Shown here: positions 8,103 through 16,221 of the stretch, in pieces
How positions within the stretch are numbered: the first letter of the stretch is position 1
How the letters are laid out: each line of letters begins with the position of its first letter
Assembly: GCA_964573245.1 (NCBI GenBank)
Contig: CAZNJA010000030.1
Location: forward strand, 1-16,221
Direction: 5' to 3'
From: an uncultured bacterium
Lineage (GTDB): Bacteria > CAIJMQ01
Length of the DNA: 16,221 bases
The notes under the pieces: model-generated
The model's input: only the letters and a program-made list of their open reading frames with translations
Database searches by the model: none
What the model was told of the DNA's origin: nothing
Translations under genes and position numbers: made by a program

Positions 8103-9215
8103 ATGAATGTCAAAAGCGAAGAGCCCTTGATAGAAGACTTTATTTCCTTTAAGTTAATTTTCAATCTTACACAATCTCTACGATGCAGGAATGAAGCCGT
8201 TTGGGATGATGAGTATGGAACTACCTTGATAAGTATGGGGGAAAATATTGCCTTTTCGCTTTTACAAAATTGGGGCAAAGATTCTATAAATTATGCTGTA
8301 GTTCTTTCTCCAATAATTGAAGGGCAGGTGGCAGTCCCCCCTAATCGTAGACTTGCCAGCAGTTTTCGAGAAGATTTAGATTGTGTCCTCTCAATCGGTG
8401 GAGCTCAAGAGCATAATATCGCTAAAGAGTTTCTATTAAACACAAAATCAGGGAAACAACAGCAACTCGTAACTGCACCTGTTCCCTTGAGTAATGATTC
8501 ATTTGGAACCAATAGAAGTTCTCCCTCCTTTAAGAAAGTTGAAATACCCTCAAGAGAAAGTTTATACCCATCTAGAATTTTAATAGACTTTGCCCTTTTT
8601 GAAGATGTTGATGATATCTTGCATTTGCGAGGTGTGGGAGAAGCCATCGGACTATATTATTCATTGTGGGATTACTATTCTATAAGAAAGTCCTCTCCAC
8701 CTGAAAGTTTAATAGATGATGTTGAAAAGAGCATTTCTGGCCTGATATATTCTATAAAAGATAAGAAGACTATTTGGACGAGACTCCTAGCTCTCAATCT
8801 TATAGAAAAATGTCTAGTTATGAGAGTAGCGGGAGATAACCAAATTGGTGCAGGAGGGGATCATCTCATTGCGTATGCTTTAGAATGCTATTGTGGAAAC
8901 GGTAAAGATGATAATTGCAGAAAACTTTCTCATGGAAAACTTGTATATTTAGGCTCTGTAGCTATGGCAGCTCTCTTTCCAGAGTGGAAATACAGTTTTT
9001 TTTCCCTAGAAAATCTGATAGATTTTGGGATGGAAATGAATATTTTGGAGCACAGAGACTTAAATCTATTAGTAGATATATCAACGAATGGATTGATACC
9101 ATTGGCTCTCCGAATGCGACCCTATCGTCTAACTTCTCTCTCTACCCTTTCCTCAAATAGAATAAAAAACGGTTGGATTAGGATAAATAAGTATTTAAGA
9201 GGGATTTTAAATTGA
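8103..9215 (+). CDS. Divergent glycerol-1-phosphate dehydrogenase (EgsA/AraM)-like protein, Fe-ADH/DHQS superfamily
   Basis: SIGGAQEHNIAK (cf. GGGxxIDxAK), PVPLSNDSFGT (cf. PTxxSHDGxxS), PSRILID, GVGEAI, GAGGDHLIAYALE (cf. SGSEHxxSHALD), HGKLVYLG (cf. HGEQVGLG). Confidence 0.75.
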   Translation: MNVKSEEPLIEDFISFKLIFNLTQSLRCRNEAVWDDEYGTTLISMGENIAFSLLQNWGKDSINYAVVLSPIIEGQVAVPPNRRLASSFREDLDCVLSIGGAQEHNIAKEFLLNTKSGKQQQLVTAPVPLSNDSFGTNRSSPSFKKVEIPSRESLYPSRILIDFALFEDVDDILHLRGVGEAIGLYYSLWDYYSIRKSSPPESLIDDVEKSISGLIYSIKDKKTIWTRLLALNLIEKCLVMRVAGDNQIGAGGDHLIAYALECYCGNGKDDNCRKLSHGKLVYLGSVAMAALFPEWKYSFFSLENLIDFGMEMNILEHRDLNLLVDISTNGLIPLALRMRPYRLTSLSTLSSNRIKNGWIRINKYLRGILN

Positions 9216-10291
9216 TGAACAATAAAAGTGTATTCCAATATAAAATTATAGACAATCGTAAATTGCTTAAAGAAATTGTAGAGAAACAAAGCGAAGAACT
9301 AAACAGAGGATTAGCTTTTATAATTTCACAAACTGATGAAAAAGTTGTTACTCTATCAGGTGAATGGGAAGGGTGGGTTACTACTACTGTTCGTGGAAAT
9401 AACGTTTATGTTTATGTTGATGATAGGTTTTTTAGTGATGGTTGTATTCTTGAACAAATTTTAACCTCTCTTTGGACAAACTTGTTAGATTTTGGTGAAA
9501 TTCGGTTGGAAGAGTTTAAACTGTCAGATGAGCTCCATAGTCTTCTAATTCCGGATAACCTTAATAAACCGTCTATTCAAGAATTGCTGCGAATAAATGG
9601 TCCTTACTTTGGGACAGTGTTTAAACCATCATTTGCCCTTTCCCTCTTTGAGAAGATAAATATTGCACAAAAATTTGCGAGCAAGGGGGGATTTTTCTTA
9701 AAGGAGGATGAAACTTATCTCATAGAAAAATCCAAATTATTGAAGGAGTCAGAATCTATCCAAAGGGCAATGAATACAGTCTCAGATCATTGTCTTTATG
9801 TTCCCAATGTTACATCTCACATTTTAGACGACCACCTTTATCAAGAACTCCGCGAAATTGGTATTAAGATAGTAATGGTGAACTATTTGATAACTGGATT
9901 TCCGACTGTTTATAAAGTACTAAAAAGAAATAAGGACATGTTGTTTTGGGGACATCGGGTAGGTTATAAATCCATAGAAAGATACATCTCGATGAAAGCA
10001 GTGGCTCTCTTGGCCATTTATAGTGGTATGAGTGTAATTCATATAGGGCATCCTTTCTTTTCTGCAGATAATAGTATTAAGGAACGCTTAAGTATTTTAA
10101 GAGCTATGGATGAAGTAAATCCAGATGTAATACCAGTGTTTACGAAATCTTCTTCTCAGGGAGTTCCTAATCTATTAAGATTGTTTGGTAAAAATATAAT
10201 TATTATGGCTTGTGGTTCTATAAGGACAAATGGATATTTAGACTGGGGAAAAATTGAAAAATGGATAAAGCAGGATAAAGTTAAAAAATGA
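9215..10291 (+). CDS. Highly divergent RuBisCO-like protein (form IV-like TIM barrel)
   Basis: GTVFKP, FLKEDE, LYVPNVT, VMVNYLITGF, GHR, IHIG and PVF occur in RuBisCO order. ATG at 9215 overlaps the upstream TGA (TGATG). Confidence 0.8.
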   Translation: MNNKSVFQYKIIDNRKLLKEIVEKQSEELNRGLAFIISQTDEKVVTLSGEWEGWVTTTVRGNNVYVYVDDRFFSDGCILEQILTSLWTNLLDFGEIRLEEFKLSDELHSLLIPDNLNKPSIQELLRINGPYFGTVFKPSFALSLFEKINIAQKFASKGGFFLKEDETYLIEKSKLLKESESIQRAMNTVSDHCLYVPNVTSHILDDHLYQELREIGIKIVMVNYLITGFPTVYKVLKRNKDMLFWGHRVGYKSIERYISMKAVALLAIYSGMSVIHIGHPFFSADNSIKERLSILRAMDEVNPDVIPVFTKSSSQGVPNLLRLFGKNIIIMACGSIRTNGYLDWGKIEKWIKQDKVKK

Positions 10292-10334
10292 TAAAATCAC
10301 AAAAGTTTTCTTCCACGTAATTAGGAGGTAAGAA

Positions 10335-10985
10335 ATGATAGCAGGAACTATAGCTAGTATCATAGGTGGAATTATTTTAATGGTGTTAGGTATACTTTTA
10401 AAAGTGCGTTGGTGGAGTTTAATAAAGAGGAAGATATTATTAGGGCTTACTGATAACAATCTAACAGGTATTTGTGAATATAATATCGCAAAGGAGAAAA
10501 TGGAAAGGCTTCTGAGCGACCCCAAAGTTATAAAATGGACACAGCCAGCACTGAAAATAATGTGTGTTAAGGGGAAAGACATAACGGGAGAACTGGAGAG
10601 AGGGATTAAAACTTTCCTGCGGAATGGTGGAGCAGCGTCAGTTTTACTCCTTGATCCAAATTCAAAATATACCGAGAAAAGAGCAAGGGAACTGGGTAGA
10701 GAAGACATAGATAAATTCCGAGCAAGTATCCGAAGACGTATCGATAGTATCAAGGATGAATATCACGAATGGTATTCTTCACTAGGAACACTGTGTATAA
10801 ATACATATGATTCTCCATATACATTTAGAATGAATTTTATTGATGAAACTCTATTCTTAGGATTTTACAGAGAAAAGTTGCCAGATTATGAGAATGTTTG
10901 GTATGAAATTCCGAGCCATTCGGAGTTATATAAAATATTGGTAAAATTATTTGATGAAATTCGAAGTGAGGAAGAAAGTGTGTAA
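10335..10985 (+). CDS. N-terminal TM helix + DUF5919-like domain protein
   Basis: AGGAGG RBS at 10323-10328; hydrophobic residues 1-23; VLLLDPNS...RARE and YDSPYTFRMNFIDETLFLGFY match my recollection of the DUF5919 (degenerate PLD-like fold) pattern. Confidence 0.6.
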   Translation: MIAGTIASIIGGIILMVLGILLKVRWWSLIKRKILLGLTDNNLTGICEYNIAKEKMERLLSDPKVIKWTQPALKIMCVKGKDITGELERGIKTFLRNGGAASVLLLDPNSKYTEKRARELGREDIDKFRASIRRRIDSIKDEYHEWYSSLGTLCINTYDSPYTFRMNFIDETLFLGFYREKLPDYENVWYEIPSHSELYKILVKLFDEIRSEEESV

Positions 10986-11643
10986 AACAGAAAAACATCC
11001 TTCCAATAAGATAATTGTTATAGGGGGAGGGTCTTTTCAGGGAAAATCGTTAATAGCTTCCCATGTTTCATGTAAATTAAAAATTCCACTTATAATTTAT
11101 ACGGATGTGATAAGGAATGTTTTACATGTTCTTAATCCTAAAAAACCTTATTTTTTTACATCTACGTATCTAATGTCCCCAAAGAATTTAGAAAGACAGA
11201 AGAAAGAAGTCTCCAATGTACTACAGGGAGTATTGTCTTTATGTGAAAAGAGAGGGGAGCATATTATTGTAGAGGGGATGCACTTATCCCAAGAGTTCAT
11301 TAATTATCTTTCTAATAAACATAACGTTCTACTCTTTTGTATTGATAACAAATTGTCTCTAGAAAAACGGCTGGAATATAAATCCATAACAAGACATAGA
11401 GTAAAGTACATTGATCCCGAAGCAAAAAACATTAAATATGGCGAGTTAACAACAAGTAATATATATTTTACACCATACATGGAACATGCTAACCGTATTG
11501 AAGAAATTCATCGAGAAATAGTTAGTTATTTTTTGCAAAGGCATTTACTTGTAATAGGGTTCGAAAATATCAGCAAAGGATTAAAGAAAATAGACGCAAT
11601 AGTAAATAATTGGTGGATGAATAAGGACGGAAATAGAAACTAA
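10978..11643 (+). CDS. P-loop kinase, 2-phosphoglycerate-kinase-like
   Basis: IIVIGGGSFQGKS Walker A, TDVIR, FTSTY, IIVEGMHL as in archaeal 2-PG kinases. GTG at 10978 has a GAGGAAG RBS and overlaps the upstream stop (ORF track begins at 10951). Confidence 0.8.
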   Translation: MCKTEKHPSNKIIVIGGGSFQGKSLIASHVSCKLKIPLIIYTDVIRNVLHVLNPKKPYFFTSTYLMSPKNLERQKKEVSNVLQGVLSLCEKRGEHIIVEGMHLSQEFINYLSNKHNVLLFCIDNKLSLEKRLEYKSITRHRVKYIDPEAKNIKYGELTTSNIYFTPYMEHANRIEEIHREIVSYFLQRHLLVIGFENISKGLKKIDAIVNNWWMNKDGNRN

Positions 11644-11675
11644 TATCAGCTTTACGAAAGCCATGAATGGTTAAT

Positions 11676-11963
11676 TCATTCCCTTACTCTTTCATCACAT
11701 CCTTCACTATAACCACAATACTCACACTTCCACTTCGCCAAATCCTTTGGTTGCTTTAGCAAATATGATTTCTTATCTACCTCTTTAACGAGCTGCCCTT
11801 TTCCTATTCCGCCCACAGCAGGATTGCACGACAAAAGTGCGATTTTGTCCTTGTTGTATGTAACAAGAAGCGTTTTGCATCCCATCCGCGCGGAAGCCAG
11901 CGCCGCTTCGCATCCCGCGTGACCAGCGCCGACGATTATTACGTCATATTTTTTGTTAGGCAT
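11676..11963 (-). pseudogene. mnmG: Truncated duplicate of the mnmG 5' end (~63 codons) fused to an unrelated Cys-rich tail
   Basis: [21 protein letters not shown]...GQLVKEVD is nearly identical to the intact gene. 71-bp (11818-11888 = 6859-6929) and 37-bp (11896-11932 = 6937-6973) blocks are identical at DNA level. Confidence 0.9.
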
Positions 11964-11964
11964 A

Positions 11965-11985
11965 GGGGTATTTTAGCATTTTCGG
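11965..11985 (-). promoter_or_regulatory. Extended -10 directly before the ATG of the mnmG fragment; 21-bp direct repeat copy 2
   Basis: Minus strand TGcTAAAAT-acccct-ATG, with no Shine-Dalgarno. Confidence 0.6.
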
Positions 11986-12052
11986 GGTATAAGTAAGTAA
12001 TTTCTAATTTATTTATACGGAAAATTTTCCCCGCAAAAACTTTAAGAAGCTA

Positions 12053-12080
12053 TTGACATTACTTTCTGAAGGCGTATAAT
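12053..12080 (+). promoter_or_regulatory. Consensus sigma70 promoter
   Basis: TTGACA (12053-12058), 16-bp spacer, TATAAT (12075-12080). Confidence 0.7.
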
Positions 12081-12169
12081 TCGTGTGGGAGTTTGAATTA
12101 AATGTATAAAATGTATTATTACAACGTATTACACCATTTACAATGTAAAGGATTGTAAATATTATTGTA

Positions 12170-12204
12170 TTGACAATTCTTATGATATTAAGATATGATA
12201 TAAT
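12170..12204 (+). promoter_or_regulatory. Second putative promoter for the 12262 gene
   Basis: TTGACA (12170-12175), 18 bp to TATGAT (12194-12199); also TGaTATAAT at 12196-12204. Confidence 0.5.
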
Positions 12205-12261
12205 ATAGAGTATATTTATTCATAGAAAATTGATATATAATTTTCATGATTTAAAAAGGAG

Positions 12262-12627
12262 ATGAAAATGTCATTTGAAAGATTTACAAAGGCAGGAAAG
12301 ACGTTTCAGCCGAAAGTTTCGATTAGAAAGGGTGGGCAGATGGGTTTTAATAATGGATCAAGAAGAAAGTTTAAATTGGATGATTATGAATATGTAATAT
12401 TATACTTTGATAAGGAAAATAGTAAGGTTGGTATACAATTGACAAATGACGATAATGAGAATGGCATAATAAAATTATACAAAAGAGAATTAGATGTAGC
12501 TGTATCTGCAAAGTCTTTTTTGGATTATTACGAGATAAGTTGCGATAAGACCGTTGTATATGATCCTCAATGGGTTGAAGAACAAAAGATGATTATTTTA
12601 GATTTGAAAAATATAGAGGAGCGATAA
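12262..12627 (+). CDS. Hypothetical protein, beta-rich, possibly AbrB-like DNA-binding fold
   Basis: 121 aa, AAGGAG RBS (start may be 12268). PKVSIRKGGQMGFN...VILYFD pattern resembles swapped-hairpin proteins; the fold is an inference. Confidence 0.7.
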   Translation: MKMSFERFTKAGKTFQPKVSIRKGGQMGFNNGSRRKFKLDDYEYVILYFDKENSKVGIQLTNDDNENGIIKLYKRELDVAVSAKSFLDYYEISCDKTVVYDPQWVEEQKMIILDLKNIEER

Positions 12628-12635
12628 ATTGAGAT

Positions 12636-12670
12636 AAAAAAAGAAAATGCTACGGCGCGAACCGTAGCAT
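12636..12670 (-). terminator. Intrinsic terminator (minus-strand polarity)
   Basis: atgctacgg-cgcgaa-ccgtagcat 9-bp perfect stem (12647-12670), with an A-rich run on its left. Confidence 0.75.
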
Positions 12671-12717
12671 AGGGAAAAATAAAGAGTTGACACGGCATGT
12701 ATCTAACTCAATCCCTT
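12636..12717 (-). ncRNA. Putative ~80-nt antisense small RNA
   Basis: Minus-strand promoter TTGCAT (12751-12746)-17 bp-TACAAT (12728-12723), an internal hairpin, then a terminator. No ORF. Confidence 0.5.
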
Positions 12718-12847
12718 TTTTTATTGTATCTCAAAGATTGGTTAAATGCAAGAGATTGTTGAAAGGAGGTTAGCATGAGTGGATTTACTTAGATATCGTA
12801 TGTAAAAGGTTTATTGTCTATAAAAATTCAAAATGGAGGAACAAGAA

Positions 12848-13138
12848 ATGTCAGAATTTGTAGTTAGTGAAGTGGTAGATGGTGACACTTTTAAAGTTAG
12901 AGAAGGTTGGAATTGGGATGGCAAGAATGGAGAAATTGTTCGTCCTGCTGGATACAACACTCCAGAAAAGGGAGAACCGGGATACGAGGAAGCAAAACTG
13001 AAACTTTCGAATCTAATTCTGAATGAGAAGATAGAAATCCAAAATGTCCAGACCATAGATGATTGGGGCAGATTGATAGCGGATGTTTCTTATAACGGCA
13101 AAAATCTTGCTGACTATTTCCCCGAGTATAAAAAATGA
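12848..13138 (+). CDS. Short thermonuclease (SNase-like) family protein
   Basis: VSEVVDGDTF, VRPAGYNTPE, GYEEAK, DDWGRLIADV. GGAGGA RBS at 12835-12840 favours the 12848 start. No signal peptide. Confidence 0.85.
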   Translation: MSEFVVSEVVDGDTFKVREGWNWDGKNGEIVRPAGYNTPEKGEPGYEEAKLKLSNLILNEKIEIQNVQTIDDWGRLIADVSYNGKNLADYFPEYKK

Positions 13139-13177
13139 AGATTTGATTCTATATTATAAAAAAGGAGGTGAATTGGA

Positions 13178-13492
13178 ATGGCTGAATGGTCAGAGAGATA
13201 TTTATATACCGAGAGTAATGTAGATAAATATGCTCCAGAAAGTGGAGGTGTATATAGACTTATCTATGCAAGCGAGAATAAGTACTATGTATTTTATGTA
13301 GGACAGAGTGATAACCTACATGATAGGCTTAAAGCGCATCTTGCCCCATCAGAACCTAATGAGTGTATAAAAAAATATTTACATAATTATACATGCTATT
13401 TTAGGTTCATTAAAATTAGTTCGCAAACAGAGAGGGATAAAGTTGAAAAAGAGGAGATAGAAAAGTTCAACCCTGTGTGCAACAGTAAATAG
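13178..13492 (+). CDS. Standalone GIY-YIG nuclease family protein
   Basis: GVYRL...YVGQS.NL..RL..H...E...N motifs; AGGAGGTG RBS. Confidence 0.85.
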   Translation: MAEWSERYLYTESNVDKYAPESGGVYRLIYASENKYYVFYVGQSDNLHDRLKAHLAPSEPNECIKKYLHNYTCYFRFIKISSQTERDKVEKEEIEKFNPVCNSK

Positions 13493-13499
13493 GCCTAAA

Positions 13500-13537
13500 A
13501 AATAGAAAGAGCGGTTTTAAAACCGCTCTTTCTATTT
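13500..13537. terminator. 38-bp perfect palindrome, likely bidirectional terminator
   Basis: aaatagaaagagcggtttt|aaaaccgctctttctattt, directly after the GIY-YIG stop. Confidence 0.8.
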
Positions 13538-13602
13538 AATACATAATATAATTGTTAAGATTTTCTTAACGTTTCCCCGTCGCCCTTAATTTGAAAACTC
13601 AG

Positions 13603-13631
13603 TTGCCAATTCACAGTTGGGGGAATATAAT
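13603..13631 (+). promoter_or_regulatory. Putative sigma70 promoter
   Basis: TTGCCA-17 bp-TATAAT upstream of the 13690 gene. Confidence 0.6.
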
Positions 13632-13689
13632 GAGATTTAATATGAAAACGAAAAATTTCCGTATAATCAATAGTTAGTCTGAGGAAAAA

Positions 13690-14415
13690 ATGAATACAGA
13701 TAAATCTGTAGTAAAAAAAACAGAAACTGCTATTGATGACTTTTTTGACCTTTGGAAACGAAGAAAAGTAGTTTGTATTTTTGTAATTATTATAATTATC
13801 CTTCCTGTATGTTGGGTTTTTTTAAAACAATTTGTGATAATTAAAGATAAAAATGATCAAATAAATAATTTAATAGATAGTAATGCAGGGCTTCAAAGCG
13901 CTTTAAAGGAATTGCAAAAAGTTTGGGAAATTAAAGAAGAGACTCTATTAAAGAAAGAGTTTTTATATACTAGAACTAATGAATTCCCCATTTCCTCAGA
14001 TTATTTTTTGCCTGGGGAATTAAATATAGATAGCTTAACAAGTTACAATTCGCCTAATATATTAAATGTAGATAACTTAATAAGTTCTTTTCCCCCTTAT
14101 TTTCATTATTCTAATGAGATTAAGGAAGAAGAATTTCAAGACCCAGTGACAGGTGCTATGTTAAAAGTTACAGAGATTAAATCAGATAATACTGCAAATA
14201 TTGCACTTTATTTTCCAAGTCTTCTAGAACCAAAAATAGATTATATTAAAAATGTATCTTCAGGAAAATCATGGGAGTTTAATTATTTAGGAAAAAAATA
14301 CGAAATAACAATTTTAGATATTAATTCGACTAAAAGTAGTTTTAGAGTGAGTATACAGGAGTTAACAAGCTCTGATATAGAAGATGTATTAGATTTGATT
14401 TTGATTAATAAATAG
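13690..14415 (+). CDS. Hypothetical single-pass membrane protein with coiled coil
   Basis: 241 aa, GAGGA RBS; basic patch KRRK, then hydrophobic VVCIFVIIIIILPVCWVFL, followed by a heptad-like segment. Confidence 0.75.
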   Translation: MNTDKSVVKKTETAIDDFFDLWKRRKVVCIFVIIIIILPVCWVFLKQFVIIKDKNDQINNLIDSNAGLQSALKELQKVWEIKEETLLKKEFLYTRTNEFPISSDYFLPGELNIDSLTSYNSPNILNVDNLISSFPPYFHYSNEIKEEEFQDPVTGAMLKVTEIKSDNTANIALYFPSLLEPKIDYIKNVSSGKSWEFNYLGKKYEITILDINSTKSSFRVSIQELTSSDIEDVLDLILINK

Positions 14416-14453
14416 ATCAAACAGCGTCAGGTCTTGTCCCTTTAACCCCTCTT

Positions 14454-14494
14454 CCTCCCGCCACAAAAATCGGCCCTCCAAAATGATTGGCGGG
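14454..14494. repeat. CCCGCCA...TGGCGGG palindromic element
   Basis: cccgcca (14457-14463) / tggcggg (14488-14494). The first 21 nt match 16201-16221 at 20/21. Confidence 0.75.
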
Positions 14495-14626
14495 TAAACG
14501 GGCAAGCACTGGAAAATCCCTTTTATAACTACAGTTTTAAGTTTCAAACTTAATCCCTAATCCTGCTATATTTGACATATAATTTTGGTTTGGTATATTT
14601 ACTGAATTCAATAAACTATCCATTAA

Positions 14627-15556
<930 letters not shown>

Positions 15557-15707
15557 TTCAAACATTCCTCTCCTTGTCAATCCCTTTTATATAATTTTTA
15601 ACTTAATCCTTAATACTATTATTTCTTTTCTCTCCCATCCGCAGTATAATTAATTATTAGTTAAAGAGAGATTATGTGTTAGGTGAAATCTCATAAAGAA
15701 GACTAAA

Positions 15708-16169
15708 ATGGAAACGAAACACATAGAGATGTTGTTTATAGTAATGTTTGGCGTATGTTTTGGGTTTATGGGGTCTGTGATGTTGAGGTCGATTCCTCCA
15801 TCAGGAGTGAAAATTATACTTCACGAGGGCATGCTCAATTTTCTTCCAAGAGCTGGCATTGTTTGCTTAACATTCTTCCTTTCTGCCTTAGCTTTTATCT
15901 TTTCACTAAAATTTTCTAGTAACATTTCATCCCACTCTTTAGTTTTAGACTTTCTTAATGTTCTAATTATTATCGTTTTTTCGGCAAGTCCTTGGGCATG
16001 CTATCACATTTCGAGAATAATTTTTAAGCCATACATTGGAGATCTGTATGTCTGGGATAGTGTAATTAAAAATGTTGATGTAATATTTATTTTATTGTAT
16101 GGAAGCACTTTGGGAATACTAATTCTTATAAGAAAGTTATTCATAGGGATCATTAAATACCAAGATTGA
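15708..16169 (+). CDS. Hypothetical membrane protein (~4 TM)
   Basis: 153-aa ORF with four hydrophobic segments. Confidence 0.65.
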   Translation: METKHIEMLFIVMFGVCFGFMGSVMLRSIPPSGVKIILHEGMLNFLPRAGIVCLTFFLSALAFIFSLKFSSNISSHSLVLDFLNVLIIIVFSASPWACYHISRIIFKPYIGDLYVWDSVIKNVDVIFILLYGSTLGILILIRKLFIGIIKYQD

Positions 16170-16200
16170 GAAGAGTTTATTAAAAGAATAGGGTCACATC

Positions 16201-16221
16201 CCTCCCTCCACAAAAATCGGC
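16201..16221. repeat. Partial second copy of the 14454 element (cut by window end)
   Basis: cctccctccacaaaaatcggc vs cctcccgccacaaaaatcggc. Confidence 0.7.

Noticed and set aside
9215-10291. Bona fide RuBisCO / CO2 fixation or AMP-recycling pathway
   Set aside because: Lacks K177, K334, SGG and GGG equivalents; no PRK, AMP phosphorylase or R15P isomerase.
7970-10753. Minus-strand/alt-frame ORFs within the operon (7970-8278, 8405-8647, 8915-9160, 10238-10753)
   Set aside because: They overlap longer motif-bearing genes.
11676-11775. CRISPR-Cas locus suggested by the Cas4-like tail
   Set aside because: No repeat-spacer array or other cas genes in the window.
11990-12260. oriC (mnmG/gidA is often origin-linked and this stretch is very AT-rich)
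   Set aside because: I found no TTATCCACA-like DnaA box cluster; promoters explain the region better.

Overview
Bacterial chromosomal window. The left half (minus strand) holds housekeeping genes: mnmG/gidA, then carA-carB and the 5' end of a purF-like amidophosphoribosyltransferase running off the left edge. CarA has lost its whole Cys-His-Glu glutaminase triad, and the purF-like protein has Ser in place of the Ntn catalytic Cys. Upstream of mnmG, between the intact gene and a duplicated, truncated copy of its 5' end, is an AT-rich five-gene plus-strand operon: TM-anchored phosphoribosyltransferase-like, glycerol-1-phosphate-dehydrogenase-like, divergent RuBisCO-like protein, TM + DUF5919-like, and 2-phosphoglycerate-kinase-like P-loop kinase. 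I do not recognise this combination as a described pathway, and it is the best candidate for a novel system. The right part is accessory DNA: a small hypothetical gene, a probable antisense sRNA, SNase-like and GIY-YIG nucleases, membrane proteins and a secreted CE1-type esterase. Short palindromic elements are scattered throughout, including in-frame inside mnmG. All family calls come from motifs recognised by eye; no searches were run.
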